DNA of 64,000 nucleotides. It comes from Oopsacas minuta. Its lineage: Eukaryota; Animalia; Porifera. The translations under genes and the position numbers were made by a program. Below are positions 47,316 through 59,672 of this stretch, piece by piece. How positions within the stretch are numbered: the first letter of the stretch is position 1; each line of letters begins with the position of its first letter. The notes beneath the pieces are model-generated. The model was not told the DNA's origin. It saw only the letters and a program-made list of their open reading frames with translations, and made no database searches. The stretch is from assembly GCA_024704765.1 (NCBI GenBank), contig JAKMXF010000022.1:1-64000 (forward strand), given 5' to 3'.

Positions 47316-50300
47316 TCAATCAATAGGGGCATGACAGAGTGGACAGAACTGCAGATTGTCTTCAATACTCTCTTCTGCTTTATGCTTGCAAACCCCACAA
47401 AACCAGACCACGCCCTCTTCAGCCATGAGAGGACGTCCTGTCAACACGCTGATGGGGAACTTAGTTTCACAGTTGGGACACACCCCACTGTGGCAGGGGA
47501 TAGAGGACTCACACGAGTAGCAGGTGTGTGTCTGTGGCTTTTCATCTCTAACAGAGAACTTAGTGAATATCTCCATAGCTAATGCTTGTATTTGTTCCTG
47601 TATATCTTCACCTATATTTATAATACGACTAATACTGAGTATATAAACAGTACATTAATACGTACCAAGACCAGGGATAGTCTCCAACTTGCAGAAGGCT
47701 CTAGAACACACAGCAAATGAGTGTGACATGGCTGAAGTTAGAGCCACCAATGAATAAACATCTCTAGACGGTATGACGTCAACATAAGCTCGTAACTGAA
47801 CAGCTGTTACAACAGCATCTGAGTATTTCTGTTGATACAATTGTCTCTGAGCCAGGAGGAAGAAATGATAAGCTTCTGCTCCATGCCATGCTCTCTCAAT
47901 GAAGCTAGTCTGTCCTACAGTAGTGTCTTGGTGTAGTAGTCCTTCTAATGAAGATTGTGTTGTGCTATGACCTTTATTCTGTTGTGACAAGTTCTTTAAT
48001 CGTTCCTGATGATCTCTACACACAATAATTAATCAATATTTAACTATATATGCTATCCATGGTTACTATTATATTAGCTACTGACCTCACGAGTAATGCC
48101 TTCAATACATGTAACTTCTTGAGTCTGAGAGGGCTAGCTCCTATACTTTGTTGTTCCTGACAAACCCTCTGGAGCAGCTCTGCTCCTTCCAAGCTGCGAT
48201 TAGACTTCCTATACAATTCCACTGCTTCCAGGAACTTCTTATCATCCAGAAGACGAGACACATATTGGAGCAAGAGAGAGTCTATCTCTGGAAATGAGTG
48301 AGACTTAGCCAGCTCCACAGCACGATCCCATTGATTCAATTTAACACAAGCATTAACAGCAGCTTTTATGTTATTACATCTTAGATTAGCTTTAAGACAC
48401 TGCTCTGCCATCCCTGCATTAAGGAATATCTCACCTAGTTTAGTTAGAAGGGTGTGACCATCTGGGAGGGTCGCGAGGAGACCCTCCAGTCCCGAGAAAT
48501 TCTCAAGAATCTGATAACAGCTGGCTAGTTTCTCATGGTTCTGAGCCTGTACGTAATAAGTGACAGCTTGTTGCCATTTTTGTCTATCTGCGAAATAGTC
48601 TCCTATTGCATTCCAAGCTCTCTCTAGCATCGCATCGTTCCCAGCTCCCCCCGCGGTCCTCAACAGCTGTACTACCCTAAACCAATCTCCTAGCTTCATC
48701 CTCAATTCTAGCGCTAAATCCTTCCTGTCTATCTCTAAGTATAACTTCTCTGCGTCATCAAACCTGCTGAAGTATGCAGCTACTTCTGCTCGCTGTTTTG
48801 GCTGAGAATCCAGTTTCTTAAGTCTCTTAATAAATTGTATACCTTGATAGTCAGTACACCTAAACAGTAGAGAGATTACGCAGGGTAGAATGTTGTAAAT
48901 AAAATATATACTTTACAAAAGCCTTCTCTGCCATATCCATCTCCAGCTGTTCTAAGGCTTGCTCAGCTAGTAAGTGCCAGAGACGAGGATGTGGATTCTT
49001 TTCAACAAATTTGAAACAATCATCAATTACAACTTTCTTAATCAATTCTCTACAATCTCTCAAACTCTTTACTTCGTGTACTGAAGTACATGTGTCTTGT
49101 GGGTTGTCTGGATTCTTCATTATTTCATCCATATGAGCACTCCTCACCTACAGATTAGAATATTGATTAAACGCATGTATGAAAACAATTAATTACATTA
49201 TCACACCTGTAGATTGCTGAACTCACAGATGTATCCAGAACTAGCTACTGGTTCTTCAGGGTCTACACTTCGTATAATATACATTCTAGTCTTCTCCATA
49301 CAAGCAAATAAATCTGAATTATCAGTAGCCCAGCAGAGATGCCAAACATCTTTCCTCTCAACTTCAAAGAGGACTTGTGTACCCAGAGATCCGTCAGGAC
49401 CTGTCACGGTGAAGTCAAACAGATATAGAACAGCATTAACATCAATAATGGATAGTTTTGTAGAGTTACAATTGAGAGCTAAATGATAAGGTCTGCAGTT
49501 GATACGATATTTCTTCTCCAGGGAGAGTTTGGGCAATGAGTATCTAAATAAGACTTGATTAACATAGTCTAAGTCCATTAAACGCAGTACGCAACAAGTA
49601 TTTGTATTATAATTACCTTTGTATTACTCCAGACTCTCTCCCAATCACTAGTGCCTTATCAGAAGCACATATACCACAGATAGGATCTAGCGTCTCGGTC
49701 AAGGCAGAAGAGAAGTCAATGTGTCCCTCCTCTACTCCCTGTCCCCCATGAAACACCCCTGTACCCGGAGCTAAATCATCCACATGGAATACTCTCTCTC
49801 TGTTATCAAATTTCCTAGCTTGTGCAGAGCTTGTGAACTCTCTAGCTGTGTGCGAAGCTCTGTACTGCCAGGAGTATATTCCTGTCTTATTAGCTATAAG
49901 AACGTGAGTACTCGACATGTATAAGAACAGAGGTTCTATGCCTAAGTAGTTAGAATCAATAGGAGTTCCTATTGAGTTGCAGATGACTGCTATGTATTGC
50001 TGCTTGCTCTGCTGCTCAGCTTTTGCTACTAATAAACAAAACTCTCCGCATCCTCTCATTGATAGTAAACTCTTCACATATTTTAGTTGCTTCTCACCTG
50101 CATGGTTACAAGTAAGGTCATTGGAATGCTAGTTACACATAACATGATACCTGAGTGTAAATTCCAGAACATGACAGCAGTATCACACCTCCCAGATTTA
50201 GAATATGAATAACAGAGAGTATTCGCGAAATAACACCACTCGTAGTTAGGTCTTATATTCGCGAAATATATAAATGAATCGACTGCTAACGCGATTCTGA

Positions 50301-51656
50301 GACTGTGATCCTCCCATGAGACCGAGAAGAGATCTCTTCCAGGTACCTTTAATGTCCTCAAATGCTCTCCAAAAGGAGAGTAGAACACTACCGCATTAAT
50401 CTCCTTCTCTTGTCTGGGTATTTTCATAGCACCGACTAGAGCTAGAGTAGATCCGTCACAACTCCAAGCTACATCCCTTAAACTCATACCTATAGGATAT
50501 ATCAGTTATTATATTATTATCTATTTAAGACTGTAATTATCAGTACCTGTGTCAATAAGTATTGCAGCAGGATCCTGATCATGTAGCATTAGTTGTACTC
50601 TTCCATTCTGGAAGCAGATAGCGAGAGTTGGACTCTGAGATTCAGAGCTCCCACTACTACGAGAAGAGCGAGAATGATACCATCTGATCCCGGCCAGTAT
50701 AGCTGTCCCTGAATTACTCGACTGATGAGTTACTACTTTACCGATAGGACTGCCATGATAATCGTATGCGTGTATTTCTCCTAAACAAATCAGATATTAC
50801 AAGTAATTCATAACAGTAATAATCGAGGCTCTGAAATCTTCTACGCTCTCTATCGTAATAAGAAATATGATCTACGGTATAAAGTATAATATACGTAGAT
50901 GCTTACACGGATAATGTCTGTTAATTAATAGATAAGTTTAGGAATGTAAATACGTGAGAGATTAATCAATTCAGAATAAATATGCTAATTACAACGTAAT
51001 ATTATAAGAAACTGACGAATAATTATTTTACTGCTCACCACTAGCTGTTCCAAACAGAATCTTCTTAGAATCAGGAGACCATGCTACCTTATGTAGTTGC
51101 ATACCTTTCAGCTCTTTACCCCAAATCCTGTTACCATCCACAGATCCTACAATAACTGCTCCATCTTCATAGATAATACATATCTTCTGTCCATCAGAAT
51201 TCCAATGCATATCTCTTACTAAACTCTTTCCTCGGTTATTCACCATCTCTTCAACCCAATTACCTTTAACACCATTATGATAACTTTAATATAAATTACA
51301 TACCGGTATACAATATTATTATACTCACCATCATGGAGAGTCCATACTATTATCAGCCCGTTCTGATCGCTAGAAGTGAGACGCTGAAAAGGTTCATTCC
51401 AAGCAACAACGCCTACAACTGCTCCATTATGACCCTCTAATGGTTGGTTCATTGTGAGGTTGCTAGGTGCAGCTAATCCCCTAGCTTTAGCGTCTCTAGT
51501 CTGTTGGGACCCGGGGGATGTGGTTTCTAGTCGGAGTACCTTCAACAGTCCCTGTTCCCCTCCACAAGCAATCCAGCCCTTCTCTTTGTTCCATGAGATG
51601 CTATGTACACGGAGTCCATTGGGAATAGCGATCTTCTTACTCAGATACACAAACAT
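47316..51656 (-). CDS. WDR35: WDR35/IFT121 (IFT-A subunit), about 10 exons
   Basis: [57 protein letters not shown] motifs and C-terminal zinc ribbon. Confidence 0.97.
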
Positions 51657-52212
51657 GCTTATTTTCAAATAAACTATTGTATTATTTAATAATCTATATT
51701 ATTAAATCTCAATTGTTGTTTGTCTGTTTATTTGTTCGTTGAATACCTCGAGGCGCAATGCGCCAAGTTCATCGCGAAGCGACGAGCCAAAGGCTCGTTA
51801 TTCCTTAATTAGACACTAAAACTATTTTTATATTACGAAGTTAATGTATTAAAGTTTCATAGGGGAATTTGCTTAGCTGTAAATTCTGAGATGAACTGAT
51901 TAATGAATTGTATAGAATATGTTAATGAGGGTCAGGTGGTTGTGATAATATTAGCTAGGTATTTCCAGTTTCATTAACCTTCACACAAGTGGTTGCAAAT
52001 ACCCATTACGTACGTGTTTTGGTTGGATAATCCAGCGCATAATACTTACTATGGAGAAATTGGGTTACCATGTATAGAGTATACTTTCATTATACATGAT
52101 ATGCTAACTCCATAAATAAGTACAGGAAAAAACTGGTAGAGTTTGAGACATGGAGTATCCTGTAATTACATCACATTTGTAGAGTTGAATGCCAAAAAGG
52201 GAGAATAAAGTA

Positions 52213-52373
52213 CAGTAAAACCTCGTTAAGACGAACACATTTCACAATTTTAGTCCGCACAATAGAATTCAATTGTTTTTACTCCGTTAATACGTACTCC
52301 GGTTAATACGTACTCCGGATAAGGAGTACAAATCTCGACGGTCCCTTGGTGACGTATTAACGAGGTTCTACTG
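52213..52373. mobile_element. 161-bp pogo/Tigger-like MITE
   Basis: TIRs CAGTAAAACCTCGTTAAGACG / CAGTAGAACCTCGTTAATACG (19/21), TA on both flanks. Confidence 0.85.
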
Positions 52374-52462
52374 TATTAGAGTTAATCTGTAAGACAATAA
52401 CAAGCAATACGTAGAATATTTGATTTTAAATATTTAGACAAAGTATTCGAATTTGAATAATA

Positions 52463-52605
52463 CAGTGGAACTTGTATAATCTGACACTCGTTCGGAAATG
52501 AAAATTGTGTCGTATTAAGCCGGTAAATTGAATTGTCGGAAATTATTTCAGATCAGAAACACTGTCTGATTATAGAGATATTCCCGGATTATGTAAGTCC
52601 CACTG
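52463..52605. mobile_element. Degenerate CAGT-terminal MITE
   Basis: Imperfect TIRs CAGTGGAACTTGTATAATC / CAGTGGGACTTACATAATC; left TA, right flank CA. Confidence 0.6.
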
Positions 52606-52943
52606 CATCTAAATAACTCTCCCATATCAACAGAGTAAAGTTATTGGTAAGTGTAAGAGGATGTTCATGTTCATATTAAAATAAATCTAAACAACGTATT
52701 TATAGAAATGTCTTTACAGGAGACATACACGAATTAGCTACAACATTTCTAAAAGTGGCTATGTCGACTGAATAGGTCCAGCTATTCGTCGATAGAATAT
52801 TTTGTTGCTAATCTACAATCAAATCAAAACTGAGCTAAAATAGATTAGTTTAACTTAAACAGAAACATGCGAATACAATATTTCTCCTGTGTCACTCACA
52901 ACAATGAGTCAGAGGTGAAGAGTTATACAACACTAGATTGCTT

Positions 52944-55065
52944 CTAGCATTTCAGAGTCTTGTGCAATAGTTTTGGCCTGTAATCAATACTTTTGTCCAA
53001 CAGCGATTCTCGTGCCTTAAAGCTTTTAAATAAGTCAAGAGCCCTCCTGGCTACATCCCAGGGAACCTCCATACCATCCCTACACATTTTGAAAGGATTG
53101 TTATACTCGCTTAAGTTAGCGAGATGAACTTTAGGCACGTTTTTTAGATAGAACCATTTTACGTGGAACTTTCCTTTCCAATTGTCGTCATGCCATAAAC
53201 CTGTTAGAGCTTCAAAATCTACAGAAGACTTCATCTCAGCACATCCATACATGTAATCCATTCTAGCAGCTCCGTAGAATAGGATAACACTGTTACCGTC
53301 ATTAATCGCGGTTTGAAGGGTCTTATTGCCTCTACTGGTACTGCTCCACACTCCGTAACGGACAGACTGGAAGATGTTCTCCTCTACCGTGGAGGTGAGA
53401 ATAAAGAATTTAGTCTGTTTCTGATTGGGATTGAATGGTAGTCCTATATTATAGTTAACCAAGTGAGATACGTCTGGGTAGAACTCAGTTGCCTTGCTTC
53501 CCACTATATATAGACATACATGAATAGCAGAGTGATTAATTACCTATACGTATGTTACAAATAAGTACTTACTTATAGGAGAATGCTGTCTATGGTGCAT
53601 AGGGGGGTAGTGATTGTTCCGCTTGGAGCCTTGTCTAGATCCCATAGAGAACTTGGGAGCATGAGGGTCCATAGAAGAGGAAGGATTTGCTTTGAAGGAG
53701 TAATTGGTAGGAGTCTGATATAGGTCTGCTGTCAGCTGTAGTGTGGGTTCTTTATATTGAGCTTGCATTGGGAAATAGGCTATAATAATTAGTAAATGAA
53801 CAAGCACGAATAAGGTAATTAAAAAAGCTAAACTTACTGTGTAAATGTTGTTGAGGACTGAGTTCTGTTGTCGGTATACCGTGGTGATAAATAGGAGGAG
53901 GTTGAGGAAGATGGGTGTATACTCCATGTCCTCTGTGAGGATGTATGTGTTGAGTATGATCTATAGAAAATATGTATAACATAACATTAAGACTGCTAAG
54001 TTGTAATTAGACATATTGGGAAATGCCAATTTAGAGGCAGTGAAACCGGCATAAATCGACACCAGTATAACCGCGGAAGACTTGTATAATCCGGCAGTGT
54101 TTCTAATCTGAAATAGCTTCCGACAATATAAATTCAGCTGAATAATCAGACAATTTGCTAAATCGGCCAAAATTTTTCCCAATGAGTGTTGGTTTATGCT
54201 AGTTCTACTGTAGAAGTACAAGTGTACATACTTGAAAAAATATCTGTATTAATCTCAATTATCATTTATTCAATATACTACCTTGTCTCCTGTGTAAGTG
54301 TGGGTCTTGATAGGAATAGACCTGATTCACATGTGAGTGGTTAGTCCCCATTGATCGTGAGTTATGTCCACTATGTGAATAGTGAGTAGGAGAACTATTA
54401 TTATGAGAACCAGTATCTCGGTGATAAGACGTGTCTCTGTAATGAGAGCCTGTATCCCTATGAGAAGGCGTATCTCTGTGAGAAGGTGTATCTCTATAAC
54501 TATGATGAGATACATCTCTATGAGAATTGGGCTCCTTATAGGTCAGTTTTTCCCTGTGAGATTGTGTCTCCCTATCCCTATGTGGTAGAGTCTCCTTATA
54601 AGATTGTGTTTCTCTATGGGGTGGTATTTCCTTGTGGAGAGGAGACTCTCTTTTTAGGGGTACATCTTTATTCGGAGATTTCTCTCTATTGTCTTGTGAA
54701 TTCGGGTGACGTCTTGTTCCCTCTTTAGACCGTTTTTCATGTTCCTTTCTCTCTGTATTGACAGTTGTTTGTTCCTTGTCTTCAGATTTAGTTTGAAGAG
54801 GGTCTTCCTGAGTAGAAGTATCACTCTCGATTGGACTCGTACCAGGGATCCCCTTCTCCAACTCCACTTCAGGAACACCTGCCATCATGGCAATGTATAT
54901 ATAAGGGAGGTCTAATCCAGGGAGCTTCTTGTAGGAAGCTTCTTTCTCTTTTTCTCGAGCAAAGAAGTCAGCACACAACAGCTGCACCTGTCCTGGGTCA
55001 GTGATACCAGCTGTGAGGACCAACGCAGGGTCGCTTTCAATCATACATGTCTCAGTTACAGACAT
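52944..55065 (-). CDS. YTHDF-like m6A reader with a long low-complexity N-terminus, 4 exons
   Basis: YTH domain with cage tryptophans (YGVWSST, GLWHDDNWKG). Three phase-1 introns link ORFs 54262-55065, 53752-53982, 53544-53927 and 52944-53504. Confidence 0.8.
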
Positions 55066-55584
55066 AAAATGTATGCAATATTCAACTGGTGTACTAAATA
55101 ATTATCAGATATTGTAGGTAAGCTAATTACAAGAATAAATAAATAATTTCAACAAATCATTTGGAAATAAATTCTGAATTAAAACTACATCTAATTGATC
55201 AGTAGTGTATTATTCATAGAACGATTAATAAATAACGCAATAAAGGATGCGATATCCAGGTGATGTATTATCTTTCTATCAAAATGAAAAGAATAAATGA
55301 CGTCAGTATGCATGCGTGCAAAGAATTAATAAGCATGATGTAATGATAATATTGTGTAACATCGTAGTGGGTAATTTTGTGGAAATATTTGCACTTTCAA
55401 TTCTATTTATACCAAAGTAAATTCCTAGAATTATAAGTCCCTAAAAATAATCTTAAATAGAGATTCTTCAGCAGGAGAGAAATAGATGACTAATCAGTAG
55501 TTCGTGTTTTCCCAAAAAGTAAATATAATTCGGTTATGATTATTAGGTTAACAACATTGATTAAATATTAACAGAATTAATTAA

Positions 55585-56032
55585 CCGATTACTGCTGAAG
55601 TGTTACATTCGTGACAAAAAGGAACAGTAAATTTTACCACTTCGTTTAACATATTCCCGCACCCAAATCGATATTTTTTAGCACCTTTATGACGTCATAA
55701 AATGACACATTTTTCCGTCAGTATTCAGTTAATTGTCAAAGAGATTTGCCTCTACCAAATTAGTGAAATGTCTTTTCATCAATTTTGGTTTTAATGAATT
55801 TTGTTAAACTTTGCATCAATTTGGTTAATAACCTAATAAATTTTCTAAACTATTGACACATGTTCTATTCCGTAAAGAGGCATGATAAACCGAATACGAC
55901 GGGAGAAACGTTTGATTTTATGACCTCATAAGGTGATGAAATCTCGATTTGAGTGCGGGAATTTGGTAAAACGAAGTGGTAAAATTTTTGTGTTCCTTTT
56001 CGTTACAAACTTCACACTTAGGCCGTAATTGG
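55585..56032. mobile_element. 448-bp piggyBac-like MITE with about 150-bp imperfect TIRs
   Basis: TTAA on both flanks, CC termini, arms align by eye over about 150 bp. Confidence 0.75.
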
Positions 56033-56405
56033 TTAATCGGAGAACTCGATTAAGAGGTGTGTGTATATCGTACGCATATTCGACTGTAGCCTAGATGAAT
56101 CCCAACAGTTATAAGAGCATTCATATTAAACCAAGCCCTGCCCCTCTAGTAAATATCTGAAGATTATTAAAATGATATTATTAATGACATGAAAATCTAG
56201 TAATTATATATTCTTTCATTCAAATGATTTGAGTATTACATAATATCAATCAACAAAATATTAATAGTCTAACAAGAGGGAGGAATTATTCAGACAAGGT
56301 TGAAAATTCTTTGTAATACAAGTTTAGGTAAACAAGTATGCAAACCTATTACCTCTGGATAGTATAAATATACAACTTATATAACAGAATAATACACCTT
56401 AAATA

Positions 56406-57323
56406 ATGGCAGGAAATATTCTTAAAACAAAGAGATTCGTATACTATGTCAAAGCAGAGAGCGAGGATAAGAATACCGACGAGAGTGAACACATTTCATC
56501 TGATGAAGAAGTAGAAGATCTGGGAGATAAGGGAGATCCATTCACATGTGTGAGATGGTATTATCCAGAGCTGAGTGCAAGAGATGCTGAAGCAATCCTA
56601 CGCATACACAAAATAGAAGGAAGCTATATATTGAGGTCATCCCCCAATAAATATCTCATAGAAGGAGATCAGTTTTCGGCAAAAGAATACTCTCTCAACG
56701 TATGGTACGATGGAAGAACATGGCAATTCAAAGTAAAGTACAGACTAGAGGGAGGGACTGTGAATTTCGGATTGATAGAATATGCAAATGTAAAGGAATT
56801 CGAAATAAAAATGAGGAATGGTTATAAACTACGTACGGGAGCTTATACTATTAGACTTAAAAAGCCAATTCCAAATATTTCAGAGCCTTCAATCACGAAA
56901 GAAAAGTATTTTGAGCATGGAATAGCGAAAGTTACTACATACGAATATCCTATATATCCAGGAAACTCTCCCAATATTAGATTCCAATCAACATCAGCAT
57001 TGCATTCTGAGAAATTGAATTATGAGGTACATAGTGGATACTTAACTAAACAAGGTCACGTATTCAAGAACTGGAAGAGAAGATGGTTCACAATAAAGGA
57101 GAATGATCTCACTTACTATAAAAGTAACAATATTAACGAACAAGCCATCAATACGATAAATCTAGACACGATAGAACAGATAATAGTGAATGATCACAAC
57201 TATAAGAGAGATTATTGTTTCACAATAGTAGCAAAAGACGGTTACAGATTGACAATGCAAGCTGAAAATGAAACCGAGTATAGAAGGTGGATCGAGAAGC
57301 TGAGTCGGATTGTGAAAGTGTGA
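56406..57323 (+). CDS. DAPP1: SH2 plus PH adaptor, DAPP1/Bam32-like, intronless
   Basis: WYY..LSARDAEAIL..GSYILRSS SH2, EPSI linker, GYLTKQG..KNWKRRWF PH. Confidence 0.82.
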   Translation: MAGNILKTKRFVYYVKAESEDKNTDESEHISSDEEVEDLGDKGDPFTCVRWYYPELSARDAEAILRIHKIEGSYILRSSPNKYLIEGDQFSAKEYSLNVWYDGRTWQFKVKYRLEGGTVNFGLIEYANVKEFEIKMRNGYKLRTGAYTIRLKKPIPNISEPSITKEKYFEHGIAKVTTYEYPIYPGNSPNIRFQSTSALHSEKLNYEVHSGYLTKQGHVFKNWKRRWFTIKENDLTYYKSNNINEQAINTINLDTIEQIIVNDHNYKRDYCFTIVAKDGYRLTMQAENETEYRRWIEKLSRIVKV

Positions 57324-57473
57324 ATGAATAATATAATGTTAATCAAATTAATACAGAATGAGTTTATTATTATTTATTATTTATCACATTATAAATAAAT
57401 AAATAAATCAGGGCTAATAACAAATAATTATGGCACAATGCTTGAAATTAACTATTAGTTATATATGTACTGG

Positions 57474-57612
57474 CATAGCCTACAAACCTGACAATAACTG
57501 AAACAGGAAAACGTAACCAGAAGATGGAACAAATTCTATATAATTCGTACATAGAATTTGTTCCATCTGGTTACGTTTCCCTGTTTCAATTACTGTCAGG
57601 CTGTAAGCTATG
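57474..57612. repeat. Long fold-back inverted repeat (arms about 60 bp, 11-nt loop)
   Basis: Left arm ..GGAACAAATTCTAT pairs with ATAGAATTTGTTCC..; five transitions and two small indels between arms. Confidence 0.9.
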
Positions 57613-58100
57613 GTACTAGTTAATTAAATTGTAGTTATTCGCATTTTAGCTCAATAAAGTAACAAAAAGGTGAGTACAGAATTAGTACAAGCTCGTGGCC
57701 GAACGGTCTAAATCAAAATACACTAAAATCTATAAATCGTATTGAACATGAATAACAGCTATATGTTAGGGCACAAGGGAACAGCACACAGACTCAAAGA
57801 TTAACACACTCGTAAGGCAAGATACCGTCAACTAAGCAAGGCAACCAAACAGGACAGATAACTCTGCACTAGTACGTACTATACTTAACCACCTGATAAT
57901 AATGTTATTGCTACTTCAATGCAACTACAAATGCTTTGGGCTCATTTGATTAGCTTGAACAATGGCTCACCTAATTCTTACATGAATTTTATCTAAATTT
58001 ATACGTGCAAGAGAAGCGAGACTTTCCAAATGGTTCTGTAAGAATGAGAATCACTCAAACTGACATTTCAGCATTTAATTTAAGATGGAATTAACTTTAA

Positions 58101-58212
58101 TACATATATATACATATATACATATACATATATACATATATACATATACATATATACATATATACATATATACATATATACACATATATATGTATATATA
58201 TATATATATATA
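58101..58212. repeat. (TATACA)n/(TA)n microsatellite
   Basis: Direct reading. Confidence 0.95.
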
Positions 58213-58754
58213 CTTCAAGATGAAACTTATATGAAATAATGCAGAGGAATAGAACTCGGAATACAAAAGGAGTGGAATTAGAAGAAAGAGTAACGTATAG
58301 CTGATAGATAAGATAGTGATACTAAGTGATAACATTAGATAGAATGCCAAAAATAATAACAATACGTATAACATTAATAAACACTTTATAGCACAAACGT
58401 ATTATGTTAACCAGCTTGCGAAATAATGGCTTAAAAATTACAGATGGATTCAGGAAAGTGGATGAAGCAAAGATGTAACATCTGAGGCTGCAAGAGCATT
58501 TACTCTTAAATTAGATCATAAATATGTCATAGAGACTTATTAAGAATTACTTTAGACTGTAAAATCTGTAAAATCTGTAATACTATCAATTAACCAGACA
58601 TGTAATATATATATATATATGTATTGACAAAGATGGTAAGCAAATTAGCGAAAAAAGCCAAACGTTATTATTCATATCGTAGACACATCTAACTCACATA
58701 TCAACAATTGATTCATTTGAACTCGTGCGTTCACTGATATTAAAACAGAACATT

Positions 58755-59672
58755 CTAATCTGTATGCATAGGATCAACAGGTAGTTCTCTGTAGTCTGTC
58801 CATTTCTTATAAGCAACTGGAGAGAGTGATAGAACTGCTAACAAAGCAGTTATTAGAATTGAATTGAGAGAGAGAGCATCTCCTGTTGTTGTCAGGGTAT
58901 AGAGAGTTGTTCCTGCTCGAATAAATATGAAAGACGGAGGAGCAACTCCACAAAATGTCCCAATAATGAAAGGAATCAGAGAAACACCAATCTGAGGAGC
59001 AGCAATGTTAATAAACCAGTTAGGAAGGAATGGAGTAATCCTCAAGAATATAATGTAGTAAATGAGATGGTCTTTATGCTTGTCAATCTTATCTTTCCAA
59101 TTCGATATTCTATCTCGGAAATTGAATCTATTCGAACAATATACTAATGTGTACGTATAGAAAAGGTAAGCTATTGCATCATAAACAAACCTTGATATTA
59201 GAGAGCTACCGATGAGATTAGCTAGCAGATAGCAGTTAGTAGCCCCGATAGTACTACAAGTACAGACCAATAACAGAGCTAGTGGGAAAGGGAAGAGAAA
59301 CCCAGACAATATACTAAGGCCTATACTACCAGGGATAGCAAAAGTTTGTAAGAAAATGTATGTTGTGAAGACTCCTAGCGTTACGAAGATGAGATGAGTC
59401 TCTTTATAACGTGAAAGAACTCTACCCAGTTCCTTAGCATCTTCTATATCTCTAGAAATAAATAATCTATAATAAAATAAACAATAACAAACGTGATTCA
59501 GAAAAGAGCTAAGCTACCTAGGTAGTTTAATTGATGCTCTCTCACTCTCCTCCATGTCAGGCATGTTATAGAATACAATTGCGATAAGAGAGAGACTAAT
59601 CAGGAATAGAGTAACCAAGAGTTGTAGTGATCTTGAGTGAGAGTTACTTGTACTTGTCTGGGCTTCATCCAT
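58755..59672 (-). CDS. TMEM41B: TMEM41B (VTT/DedA scramblase), 3 exons
   Basis: IKLPR/DIEDAKELG, YIFLQTFAIPGS and FLRITPFLPNWFINIAAP motifs. Introns at 59452-59517 and 59128-59190. Confidence 0.93.

Noticed and set aside
57691-57712. tRNA-like A-box GCTCGTGGCCGAACGGTCTAA (similar piece at 44976-45000)
   Set aside because: No B-box, anticodon arm or acceptor stem; at most SINE or tRNA debris.
58075-58374. ORFs 58075-58374, 62709-62975 and 4141-4353
   Set aside because: Open only because of microsatellites (YI/YV, poly-I, poly-V).
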